This document shows positions 37,223 to 47,085 of a stretch of 64,000 bases of DNA, one piece after another (positions within the stretch are counted from its first letter, which is position 1; every line of letters starts with the position of its first letter). This stretch comes from Candidatus Gottesmanbacteria bacterium RIFCSPHIGHO2_02_FULL_39_11. Its GTDB lineage: Bacteria; Patescibacteriota; Microgenomatia; 2-02-FULL-39-11. Under the pieces are notes generated by a model that was not told the DNA's origin, did no database searches, and was given only the letters and a program-made list of their open reading frames with translations. The stretch is taken from NCBI GenBank assembly GCA_001779195.1, contig MFJL01000019.1, positions 27,192 to 91,191 of the forward strand. Reading direction: 5' to 3'. The position numbers and the translations under genes were made by a program.

Positions 37223-38078
37223 TATCTGCAATCTGGGAAAAACGGCTAAAGACCGTATTTTTCAGATAGCTGTCTAAGTCGCTTAGAAGATGCTCGTTTA
37301 TTTCCTGCCAGATGGAACGCCCTGCCAAAAATCCGCTGCATCCATTATTTGAGGCAATTGAAATATGTTCTAAAAACTTTTCAAACGGTTCACCTTTACT
37401 AAGAAGTATCCAGGGGGTTTGGTTTAAAAGGCTTGTAATTTTTGTACAGGAATCAGGATCTCCCGGATATTCCAACTTGAAAATATCAGCCTCTACATTT
37501 CTTTCCAGAAAATATTTTACAGATGATATAACGAGATTTTCACCCGATATGTCAATTCCTGAAATGGGATAGGTGACAAGTTCCAGAAAAAAAGGAACGT
37601 TATTTTTTTTACATTCTGCAAGGACTTCTTTTGCGGTATTTAATTGTACGGACGCGCTTTTAGCATGGGGATTAAAAAATAAAAGTATTTTTACTCCCTT
37701 TGCCCCTTTTTCTACTAATTGGTCAACTGTGCAGTCCAAGAGCGTTGTTCTTTCGTGATCTTTTTCTTCATATCCCGTTTTTTCTATGCACAGCAGATAA
37801 GGTTTTTGAGATTGCGGGGAAATGTCTTTATTTACCATATTGTATGCGGGCAAGCCATATTCTAAGTCTACTAAAACTCCTGAAAAAAGAGGATATAAGC
37901 ACTTTATAATCTTGGATTTTATTTCAATAAGTTTGGATAGAGTTTGGGGAGTTTTTTCTTTTACATCCATTATTTTTTCAAAACTTCCCCGGTGGTCGAG
38001 GGCTAGCATTAGCAGTCGGTCGTTTTTTAAAAAAGGAGAGAGAAGAGGCGAGGTGATCATTAATTTTAATTCTAACAT
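37209..38078 (-). CDS. Class I aldolase, tagatose-1,6-bisphosphate aldolase (LacD)/YihT-like
   Basis: MLALDHRGSF, GVKILLFF, FFLELVTY, FKLEYPG, WILLSKG, GFLAGRSIW. Confidence 0.85.
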   Translation of the reverse strand: MLELKLMITSPLLSPFLKNDRLLMLALDHRGSFEKIMDVKEKTPQTLSKLIEIKSKIIKCLYPLFSGVLVDLEYGLPAYNMVNKDISPQSQKPYLLCIEKTGYEEKDHERTTLLDCTVDQLVEKGAKGVKILLFFNPHAKSASVQLNTAKEVLAECKKNNVPFFLELVTYPISGIDISGENLVISSVKYFLERNVEADIFKLEYPGDPDSCTKITSLLNQTPWILLSKGEPFEKFLEHISIASNNGCSGFLAGRSIWQEINEHLLSDLDSYLKNTVFSRFSQIADITAG

Positions 38079-38116
38079 AGTTGCACTATTGCGGGTGTGA
38101 CATCTACAATATAAGC

Positions 38117-41100
38117 ATGGCAGATCATGAACCAAAAGAAGGAAAAGGACTGAAAGGGCTTCTAAAAAAGATTTTACAGGGAGGTGTTCCTCCCGAGGCT
38201 CTCTATACAGAACCTCCTCCCCCGCAGGAGGCTCGTTCCAATTCTTCCCGTCATAATAACAATAATGAGAACGAAGCACCTCGCGATGTAGATCAGTTGT
38301 GGGACATGATGGCTAGTGCTCCTGCTAAAGCACGCGAATTTATTCCGGATGTGCCCTCTAAAAAAGCTCTTGAGATTCCTGAGATGAAAAGACTGGCTAT
38401 TGACCTTATCGTAAACGTTGACTCTGATTTATATTCAAATCCCCAGTGGCTTAAAAACCGGAAATCAGATATTGAAAGAATTCAAAGCGGGTATGCCTCT
38501 ACTCTGGATCTGAAAGATCAAGGCATATTAGTTGAGATGAAGAACGCAATTATCCAGAAAGAGAGAAAAATTAAAAATATAGACGAAAGATTAAAAGAAA
38601 ACAAAGACGAGATAGAAGCGGTTAAAAAGGGAGAGCCCAAAAATACAGCCGAAGAACTGAAAAAAACAATTAGAGAAGTTACCGATCTTGATGAGATAAA
38701 AAATGATGTAAAAATTAGAGATATAGTTTCTGAATTGGAAGAATATGTCAATAAAGATGACGATGGTCGACACGAGGATGATAAAAAGGTCGGGGGAGAA
38801 CATCCCCCCAAGGGCATTTATCTGGAGTATGCGTATCGAAAGCTTCAGGATCAAATAAAAGAAGAGTATAAGAAATTAAATCAGGAAAAACCGGAAATAT
38901 ATAAGCCTCAACGCCAGGAATTAGCAAAAAAAGTAGAAGCAGTTGAACGGCTTCAAAAAAAGATGGCAAAACACTGGGGAAGCATGACCGGCAAACTGGA
39001 TAATGAAAATTATCGGGAGGTAGGTGACTATGAGATGCATAAAGATACTCTAAGGCGCGATCAAAACTACCGCGACTACTATTTTTATAAAACACTTAAG
39101 CCTATTTTATTTAATGATCGCCTGGAAGCACATAGAGATTTAACCAGTCTCTCACTTATTCAGAGGATGGAGGATTTTATGGAAATTATAAGCGAGGCAA
39201 AAGATACAGGTGAAAATCCGAATGAGAACTACGGTAGGAGCTTGGTAGCTCACTATACCCGTCTGAAAAATATGATTTTTCAGTCTAACGATACGGATTA
39301 TTATGCCGCGCATCCGGCACAGGGAATTGATGAGTTTATCCAGTCCACCGCATTTTTTACAAACGGACTCATCGATTTTGCTTTTCAAAACCCGATGGTA
39401 GTTTTAGCAAAGCGCATGTATGAGTCTGTTCTTCTTGAGATCCGGGAAAACCACCAGGGATATATTCCCAGAAGATATTTGGAATGGAATGAAAGCAGTA
39501 GAGATATCCCGATTGATCGGATGGTAAGAGAGCGTATTCTCCAGGCAATTAAAAACGGACAGGTATACAACCATCCTATTGATCCTGCAACCGGACAGGA
39601 CCAGGTTGATATATATCAAAGGCTTAGGTCCAGTAAGGGAGGAGTATTAGGCGAAAAAGAAAAACTTAAGATGGATGATTTAACCGGCGGACTTGCCCCG
39701 GGAAGTCCGGGATGGAGACGGGACTTAGGAGACCTCCAAATTGCCTAAGCTCTAAAGCAGGCAAAAGCTCTGGGACTTGTGGATATGCGGTTTTTGGAAA
39801 TTCTGGCAAAATCCCGGGGAAGCGGATCCAACATGAAGATAAAGAATAATAACGACCTGCACTCGTTCAATATGACGGGGCTTGCTAGTGTCCCCTATGA
39901 AGCAGTCGTGCAGTATCTGGAACCGGTTATTTATAAATACAGCCGGTTTAAGATGGGAGACCGGAAATTTCACGCGTTTTTCAACTTTATGATTCAGGAG
40001 AAGCAGAGCTTTGGGTATAAGCAAATCAGAGAGATTATACAAATGCATGAGGCGGGAGACCAAAAAGGGCTGGAAAAAAAGTATGGAAAAGAGATTGCTA
40101 CCCGGCTTATTTCCCAGGACAACCCATTTCTTTTTTCAAGCATGTGGGGAACGATGACGGGATGGAGAGCTTCCATGTCCACAACCGGTTGGGATGACTG
40201 GAGAAAGGAAAGAATGTCAACGGCCAACCGTCTTACCGGGGTGGGCGATAGGTATATTCTACAGGCAGGATCAGAACATGGAGGAGGAGAACACGGAGGA
40301 CATTTTGATTTTGATGAGGATGAAAAAGATTTACATGCCCACGGATCAACGAGAAATAAGAGAGGGTATGCCTATGAAAAAGTAAAAGAATATTTTCTGT
40401 ATGAATTTGGAGGTATGAGGGATTTTGTCCAGAACAAAAAAATCGATTTAAAAAATGAAATGAAAAGTTCGGGAGATGTCAGGCTTTCTGAGATTGCAAA
40501 AAATCCTGTTGAATTTGAAAAATATTGGAGACAAATTGGAATAAAAAGACATGAAAGTGAGATTAAGGAAAAATCAAAAGAGGAAAGAAGAAAAAATTTT
40601 CATGGAAATGAAATCGAACTTATTATGCAGACAGAGCGGGCATATAAGGCTCGCGTCTGGGCACAGGCTGTCATGAGGTCTCCTCTTATTGTGGCCCGTG
40701 AGTGGGGAAAAGAGAATACGTTAGAATCCAAGGAATTCGAATACCTGGGACAGGGAGCTCTCCGGAGAAAAATTCTAAGAGAAATTCTTCATTTTGATCT
40801 TCCGGAAATGGGACCTACCCAGGAACCTACCAAACAGCAGGAAGAGCAGTTGAACCGTATTACCGTACTTGAAGGACAGCTTGCCAGTATTTCTGAAAAA
40901 TCCAGACGGGAGAACCGGGATCTTCAGGATGAGGATTTTGAGGATATTGTAGATCCCGACCAGCGGGTACTTGCTCTAAGGTATTGGCATAAAGTGCAAA
41001 AGGCAGTTCTGGGAGCTGAGGGAAACCATGCCGGACAAGCCTGGTATGACGCGCTTGGAATACAGAGTGCGGATTTACCGGATGACAATGAATTAAGAAC

Positions 41101-42031
41101 GTATATATTAAATCCGGAGAACGGATTTTTAAAACCGGACGGAAAAGTTGATTTATCCGATGAACGTCTGGAAGGGCTTAGGTCTCACAAAATTGATTTT
41201 AACAAAATATCCCAGAATATTAATATTCATGCAGACGGGAAAGATTATGCAGATATTTTCCATGGAGGACATCTGCCTCCCGGAGTAAATCATGATGCAA
41301 TGCTTACCGGGCGCATGATTGACAAAGACTGGAGATATTTTTTCTCTACAGAGGATATGGGATGGGAATATTTAAATATGGTTGCATTAGGAGAAAGAAA
41401 TCCGGTCCGGCGTGCCGGAGATCTGGCCTCTCATGTGCAATTTTCACAAGGACTGGATAAGCTTATTGCCCCGGCAGGAGGTGCCATAGGACCCCGCTTA
41501 AATGAAGAAGAATTTCATAAGGCACTTACAGAAATGTTTACCGCAATTGAGGGAGATGATAGAGATGTCGCCTATGATACCGTTCAGAGGATTTTCTATA
41601 ACTCCATGCTTATGTACCGGAAGATGACTCCGAGCTATTATAAAATACCTCTTATCGGGTGGGGAGCTGCAAAAATAAAAGGTTTTCTGCGGCCCATGTC
41701 TGTGATGCAGATACTGTCAGAGCCATATGGGCAGATGCACGCGGACGCGTTTGGAGCTCAGGACATACTAAAACAAATTCACATGGGAGAGGCAGCAGGG
41801 TATATTCTTCCATCTGATATAAATCCCTTAACCGGAGAAAGGGATCATTGGACAGAATGGAATGCCCATACTCTTGAGTCTCGCTTAGGCGCAGGTAAAG
41901 AGTCTCTTACGTATGATGTTGAAAATTATGTTCTGTTTCTGATGTTTATGCTTCTTCTTTGGCAATCTCTGAAGCAATCAAACGCGGATAACGCGGAAGG
42001 TGGTGGAGGTGGAGGCCCCCCTGGTCACTAG
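38117..42031 (+). pseudogene. ~1300-codon hypothetical protein split by one in-frame TAA at 39746-39748 (ORFs 38117-39748 and 39779-42031); C-terminal TM helix
   Basis: Both ORFs are in the same frame; the 30-nt gap reads ALKQAKALGL with no stop. Confidence 0.6.
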
Positions 42032-42033
42032 GT

Positions 42034-43467
42034 TTAATGCTTCTGTTCTCCTCCTCCAAAAAATTTCTTCAAAGGTCCATGCTGGGTAGCCTGCTGGAAA
42101 TAATACTGAGTCTGCAAAGCTGACATTCCGGTTTGAACCGTCCCGGTAACCGGAGCAAATATGGTTCCCAGAGAGAAAGGTAAGGTTGGCTGAGGGTTGA
42201 AAGCTTTCTTAGCAGCGGCAACCAGATTGGGTGCTAAAAAGACTACACCGATTGCTAAAATATTATGGAAAATTCCCCCGGCTCCGACTCCCACAAAAGG
42301 AGGGGCCCAGGTGCTGACAGACGCTTGATTCTCTGAGCCTAGGAATGCTGCAAAGATCAATATTCCGGCCGTTGCCGGAAACACGACTAAATTGGCTAAA
42401 ATATTTTGTATCCATCCTCCAAACGCGGATTTACCGGGTATCGCCTCCTGAAGAAGAATAAACGGACCGAGGATAACGGAAATTAGTAGCTGGATATAGG
42501 AGTTTAGCAGAAGAAAGAAAAGTCTGACTAATGTAAAAAGAAACCCCCCAAAAATAAAAAGAAGTATGACTCCTCCTCCAGTGGCAATAACAGGTAGTGT
42601 TGCGACATGTGTAACTATTGCCGCAATTATTCCTACAACTCCCGCGCCGGTTGTAAGCTCTATTACTCCCAGATTATTGACAACTCCGGCCCAAAATACT
42701 CCGTTAATAAGTCCTCCCAGATCAGCATTCAGGTAAGCAGATTGAAGATTGGTTACGTCTGCTCCTCCGATTCTTCCCCCTGCTCCTGTGACCAGTAAGT
42801 TTATGAGAATTGCCATTGAAAAATACATAATATCAATCAAAAATCCGGCAATTGCATAGGAGAAGGTGATAAGAAGAAGGGCAACAACTATTTTAGGAAG
42901 CGCTGCCTGAATGGTGATTACCGTTTTAGGATCTATTTTCATCCTAAAAATAATCATAAATCCGATGATAAGCATGACGATAATAATAATGGAATACGCG
43001 ATATTGCGGGTCACTTTCCAGAAGGGAAGAAAAGTGGAAAGTGCTGAAAATCCTATCCCTTGAGCATATGCAGGCTTTACAAACCCGGCGTTATTTAGGG
43101 TATCGTGAACATAAGCAATTCCTGAGGCCGCGGGATTTGAGTAAACTTCCCCAATTAAGTTTGTGACATTTCCAAGAGCAGTTAATTTAGATTCACAGTT
43201 AGTTATATCTGTGCATCCGATTTTGTTTGTTAAATTATAAATTAAGGCATCGATTGTAAAACTTCCTGCCGAAAGGCCGCTTATACACGGCTTACCATTA
43301 TTATCGGCGGCACAGGCTTCTTCTTTTTGTTTCATATCATTTAGGCTGTTAACGTTCTGTTTATAGAAAACATCCTGAGGGTTTGCTGCGTTTACAGTTG
43401 AAGTGAATGAGACAAAGAGAGTAAAAAAGATAAATACAATAAAAAATAGGGGCAGTAGACGTTGCAT
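42034..43467 (-). CDS. VirB6/TrbL-like polytopic T4SS membrane protein
   Basis: Signal peptide, W...RNIAY, GFMIIFR, LPKIVVALLLITFSYAIAGFLID, many TMs; directly after the pilin array. Confidence 0.65.
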   Translation of the reverse strand: MQRLLPLFFIVFIFFTLFVSFTSTVNAANPQDVFYKQNVNSLNDMKQKEEACAADNNGKPCISGLSAGSFTIDALIYNLTNKIGCTDITNCESKLTALGNVTNLIGEVYSNPAASGIAYVHDTLNNAGFVKPAYAQGIGFSALSTFLPFWKVTRNIAYSIIIIVMLIIGFMIIFRMKIDPKTVITIQAALPKIVVALLLITFSYAIAGFLIDIMYFSMAILINLLVTGAGGRIGGADVTNLQSAYLNADLGGLINGVFWAGVVNNLGVIELTTGAGVVGIIAAIVTHVATLPVIATGGGVILLFIFGGFLFTLVRLFFLLLNSYIQLLISVILGPFILLQEAIPGKSAFGGWIQNILANLVVFPATAGILIFAAFLGSENQASVSTWAPPFVGVGAGGIFHNILAIGVVFLAPNLVAAAKKAFNPQPTLPFSLGTIFAPVTGTVQTGMSALQTQYYFQQATQHGPLKKFFGGGEQKH

Positions 43468-43522
43468 AATAGATATCTTTATTATTCAGACTTATACAGA
43501 AGAAGTCAAGAAGATATGTCTC

Positions 43523-43939
43523 TTAAGTTTGGACAGCCGAGGGAATGTTAAAGTTGAAAATGTTCGGAACTCCCAGGAAGTTAGCAACTAAATTGAATAT
43601 TGCGTAAGCTGCAAAGACCAACAGAAGTCCCAAAAGTGCAGCCTGGATTTTATTCCGTGCCGACTCAATATTTCCTTTGTCTCCTCCTGAGGTGATCCAC
43701 TGAAATCCTCCCCAGAGAAGATAGACAAAGGCGATAAGTCCCGCTAAAAAGAGGAATAAGGAAAGAAGGCTTCCAATAAGTTTTCCTAAATCTAGGATTC
43801 TTAGTTCCGGAGGTGGAGGGATATTAATTGATCCCGAGGGGAAGGGTGTGTTGGATTGAGCGTGAACTCCTGGGACAACAATTCCGGACGTAACTGCAAT
43901 TGTTAATGTTGTGATAGCAGAGGACAAAGTTTTCTTCAT
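43523..43939 (-). CDS. VirB2/TrbC-like T4SS pilin 1 (signal peptide ...VHAQ), with its own sigma70 promoter
   Basis: GGFQWITSGGDKGNIESARNKIQAALLGLLL between two TM helices. Confidence 0.85.
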   Translation of the reverse strand: MKKTLSSAITTLTIAVTSGIVVPGVHAQSNTPFPSGSINIPPPPELRILDLGKLIGSLLSLFLFLAGLIAFVYLLWGGFQWITSGGDKGNIESARNKIQAALLGLLLVFAAYAIFNLVANFLGVPNIFNFNIPSAVQT

Positions 43940-44014
43940 ATATAAACAGATTAGGAGGATTTTTTTCTCTTGTCAAGAGATAAAAAAGTACTGAGGTAAA
44001 ACTTGCCCCAGTCT

Positions 44015-44341
44015 TCACTGAGTCGGGATTCTGAAAATAGTAATGGGAACCCCTGTGAAATACTCAATCAGTTTAAATATAAGGTACGCCCCAGCCATCA
44101 GAGCAATTCCGATAATCGCGTATGTCAGCGTCGATTTTGCAGATGCTACAGCTTTGGGGTCTCCTCCGGCTGTCAGGAACTTAAACCCTCCGACTAGAAA
44201 CATCACAAATAGAGCCAAAGCTGCAAGACTTACGGCAACCACCAAAATATTTGAGAATACAATCTCAAGGCATTTAATAGTCGGGACTTCTACCTCTCCA
44301 ACCTTTAACAAACATCCCGGAACATCATTCCAATTTTTCAT
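44015..44341 (-). CDS. VirB2/TrbC-like pilin 2
   Basis: GGFKFLTAGGDPKAVASAKSTLTYAIIGIAL. Confidence 0.85.
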   Translation of the reverse strand: MKNWNDVPGCLLKVGEVEVPTIKCLEIVFSNILVVAVSLAALALFVMFLVGGFKFLTAGGDPKAVASAKSTLTYAIIGIALMAGAYLIFKLIEYFTGVPITIFRIPTQ

Positions 44342-44347
44342 AATGGT

Positions 44348-44689
44348 TTAAAAGAGTTTAGGAAGATTCAGATTTACTCCATCTCCGCTTGTAAGTCCCA
44401 GAAATTTTAAAAGGACAAGATATATTGACCACGAAGCAACCAGAATGATAAGCCCGATGATGGACTGCAAGATCCGTTCCCTGGCCTCCATCACTTTCCC
44501 TTTATCTCCTCCTGAGGTGATCCACTCCAGTCCTCCCCGAAGAAGCTGAAACAATGTCCAGATTGCTCCTAAGAATAAAATTATTCCCACCAGAGCTGAA
44601 AAAAACTTTCCAAAAGCAGCTGCGGAGCTTGCTTGGTCACAGTTAAGCCCGATTATAGCTGTATTACAAACAGGAGTTATGTTTGGCAT
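44348..44689 (-). CDS. VirB2/TrbC-like pilin 3
   Basis: GGLEWITSGGDKGKVMEARERILQSIIGLII. Confidence 0.85.
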   Translation of the reverse strand: MPNITPVCNTAIIGLNCDQASSAAAFGKFFSALVGIILFLGAIWTLFQLLRGGLEWITSGGDKGKVMEARERILQSIIGLIILVASWSIYLVLLKFLGLTSGDGVNLNLPKLF

Positions 44690-44693
44690 AGCA

Positions 44694-45182
44694 TCAGATT
44701 ACTAATTTTATTATAGCTTCTCCGGGATTAAAAATATTAAGCCCGAAAATATTTCCAACCAGTCCTACAAAGATATAGGAGACAACCACAATAAGAAGCC
44801 CAATCACCGCGTGAAGCATGCGCAGGCGCGCGATTTCCAAAAGCCCTTTATCAGCTCCGGCTGAGATCCACTGAAATCCTCCTATTATAAATTGTATTAA
44901 AAACCACAATCCTGCAATGATCGTTATAAATGAGATAATTCCGCTGACAAGCTGATTTAAGGAGTTTGCAACCTGAGTATTTTGATCAGTAGTATTGTTA
45001 GAATTTAAGATTCCGCAAATAATGTTTCCAATTGGGCCCATCCCTCCTCCGCATCCTATACCTTGGGTATTTGGTCCTGCTGGAGTTTGTGCAAAAGCTT
45101 TTGGAATCCCAATCAAATGAACTAAGCCGACAAAAAAAATAATAATTAAAGCAGAAATAATAATATTTAAGTATTTACTCAT
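44694..45182 (-). CDS. VirB2/TrbC-like pilin 4 (signal peptide ...AFAQ)
   Basis: GGFQWISAGADKGLLEIARLRMLHAVIGLLI. Confidence 0.85.
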   Translation of the reverse strand: MSKYLNIIISALIIIFFVGLVHLIGIPKAFAQTPAGPNTQGIGCGGGMGPIGNIICGILNSNNTTDQNTQVANSLNQLVSGIISFITIIAGLWFLIQFIIGGFQWISAGADKGLLEIARLRMLHAVIGLLIVVVSYIFVGLVGNIFGLNIFNPGEAIIKLVI

Positions 45183-45619
45183 GGTGTTGGTGTAATAGTA
45201 GGATTAAGAATTGCGGTAACATTTCCATACAGAACAAGCCCGATAATTGCAGCTACCAGAAATGATGCCACAATGATAATAAGTCCTACCAGGGACTGCC
45301 AGATACGTGTCCAGGCTGATGCAACCTTTTTGCTATCCCCGGAAGCGCTCATAAAATCAAATCCGGCTATAATAAAATTTAAAAAAGTCCACAAGCCGGC
45401 AACGATAAAAATAATCCGAAGAACCAGGTTCATCAGAATGACAACTGCGGTAAGTTGTCCCGTATCACTAATTGGGGGTGTTGAGAAAAGTCCGCCGAAT
45501 CCGGTGGGATTGATTGTCCCAATCGGATCTCCCTGAGCGTAGACAGGAGTAGAAAGCGAAAGGGAGAAAGAGAGAAGAAGCGAAAAAAAAATAATTGTTA
45601 TAGATGACAAACGATTCAT
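45179..45619 (-). CDS. VirB2/TrbC-like pilin 5 (signal peptide ...VYAQ)
   Basis: AGFDFMSASGDSKKVASAWTRIWQSLVGLII. Confidence 0.85.
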   Translation of the reverse strand: MNRLSSITIIFFSLLLSFSLSLSTPVYAQGDPIGTINPTGFGGLFSTPPISDTGQLTAVVILMNLVLRIIFIVAGLWTFLNFIIAGFDFMSASGDSKKVASAWTRIWQSLVGLIIIVASFLVAAIIGLVLYGNVTAILNPTITPTP

Positions 45620-45930
45620 CCGAATACTCCTCCAAAAGGTTTTCCTGTAAGGTTATTTATTATCTGAAGTATCCAGAGGGAGGCAAACATAATAATGAGT
45701 CCTATCACCGCATATGTCAGAATCATTTTTCTGCTCTCCGATGCATGAGGGTCTCCTCCGGCATTTGAGATCACTCCAAATCCCGCAATAACTACGATAA
45801 AAAAGCACAAAATGCCGCCGGCAAGTAAAAATAGGGGAACAAAAAAAGACACAAATCCCCCGATTGAACCAAAAGCCGGATTTTTCGCGATAGGAAAAAT
45901 TTTTCCGATATCTACTCCACCTGTAGGCAT
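45616..45930 (-). CDS. VirB2/TrbC-like pilin 6 (likely start MPTGG)
   Basis: AGFGVISNAGGDPHASESRKMILTYAVIGLII; TTGACA-18-TATTCT promoter 9 nt upstream. Confidence 0.8.
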   Translation of the reverse strand: MPTGGVDIGKIFPIAKNPAFGSIGGFVSFFVPLFLLAGGILCFFIVVIAGFGVISNAGGDPHASESRKMILTYAVIGLIIMFASLWILQIINNLTGKPFGGVFG

Positions 45931-45998
45931 TCTAAATTTAGAATAAGGGGGAACAGGGAGGTTTGTCAAATAAGAGAAAGAGCCGTATACTTCTAGGT

Positions 45999-46553
45999 AT
46001 GAAACCAGGCAGATGTGAAGAAAAAGAGTTGGTAGAAAATATACTGAAAGGAGAAGAGTCCTCCCTGCGAAAGTTTTATGACACTTACTATCGTCCTATT
46101 CTTTCCTTTATCAGAAAGAGGATAAACAGTGAAAATGATGTAGAGGAAGTTTTGCAGGATACCCTCTTAGGAGCGCTTGATTCATTCCGGGATTTCTCTT
46201 TCCGCTGTTCCATATTTACTTTTTTATGCAGTATCGCAAGTCATAAAGTGATTGACTATTACAGAAGAAAGAAAATAAAAAATATCGTTTTTTCTAAAAT
46301 TCCGGATGTGGAGGAAATACTGGGAACACTTTTAGGTCCTGAAGAAATTTTAGACCATGAAATGCTTAAAAGTAAGATAAAAAAAACTCTTTTATCTCTT
46401 TCTCCCATGTATCAGAAAATTATAGACTTAAAATATATTCAAGGCTATACCGTTTCTGAGATTGCCGAAAAATTATCGTTATCATTTAAAAGCTGCGAAA
46501 GCCATCTGTTTCGTGCTCGGAAAGCATTTGTCGTGGCTTTTGAGAAAAAGTAA
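45999..46553 (+). CDS. ECF sigma-70 family factor
   Basis: EEVLQDT, F.FRCSIFTFLCSIA.HKVIDYYRR, GYTVSEIAEKL...ESHLFRARK. Confidence 0.9.
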   Translation: MKPGRCEEKELVENILKGEESSLRKFYDTYYRPILSFIRKRINSENDVEEVLQDTLLGALDSFRDFSFRCSIFTFLCSIASHKVIDYYRRKKIKNIVFSKIPDVEEILGTLLGPEEILDHEMLKSKIKKTLLSLSPMYQKIIDLKYIQGYTVSEIAEKLSLSFKSCESHLFRARKAFVVAFEKK

Positions 46554-46555
46554 CT

Positions 46556-46795
46556 GTGAAAAGTAACTCAGACCTTCTTTATCTTAAATTAGTGAAAAGG
46601 ATGGAGGAGATAAGTGTTGTTTCTCCTCAAGAACTGGGGCCTTTTACCTTATTTTATAAGGTTATTGCCTCGCAGTTAAAAGTTCATCCCTGGAAGAGTG
46701 CAGGAGTTGCCGCTCTTATTGCGACTCTACTTCTGTATCTGGCTCTAGGAGGAGCTTTTATCAAAATTGCCTCACTACTCCAGTACGGATTCTGA
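46556..46795 (+). CDS. Small single-TM protein, candidate anti-sigma factor
   Basis: 2 nt after the sigma gene; C-terminal TM helix. Confidence 0.6.
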   Translation: MKSNSDLLYLKLVKRMEEISVVSPQELGPFTLFYKVIASQLKVHPWKSAGVAALIATLLLYLALGGAFIKIASLLQYGF

Positions 46796-46796
46796 T

Positions 46797-47078
46797 TGGG
46801 AAGTGGGAAATTAGATATGTGACGTGAGATGTTGATATTCTCGAAATTGGATGTTCATGAATTTGGTTACTTGGTATCAAGAATTCAAGATTTCAAAAAT
46901 TCTAGATCAAAAGTATCTAACTTCCAACTTCAAGATATCTCATGCTAGAAGTCATCTCTAAACTGTCATCCTGAACTTGTTTCAGGATCTTCTGAAGATG
47001 CTGAAATAAATTCAGCATGACGCAGACGCGGAGGTTTCGAGACTACTTCTAACTTCTTACAGTCACTTCCCACTTCAT
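46797..47078. repeat. Inverted heptamer tracts (GAAGTGG/GATGTTG then CAACTTC/CCACTTC) enclosing a GTCAT palindrome dimer (46965-47021)
   Basis: Read directly; dimer GTCATCCTGAACTTGTTTCAGGATCT-TCTGA-AGATGCTGAAATAAATTCAGCATGAC. Confidence 0.75.
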
Positions 47079-47085
47079 AATTACT

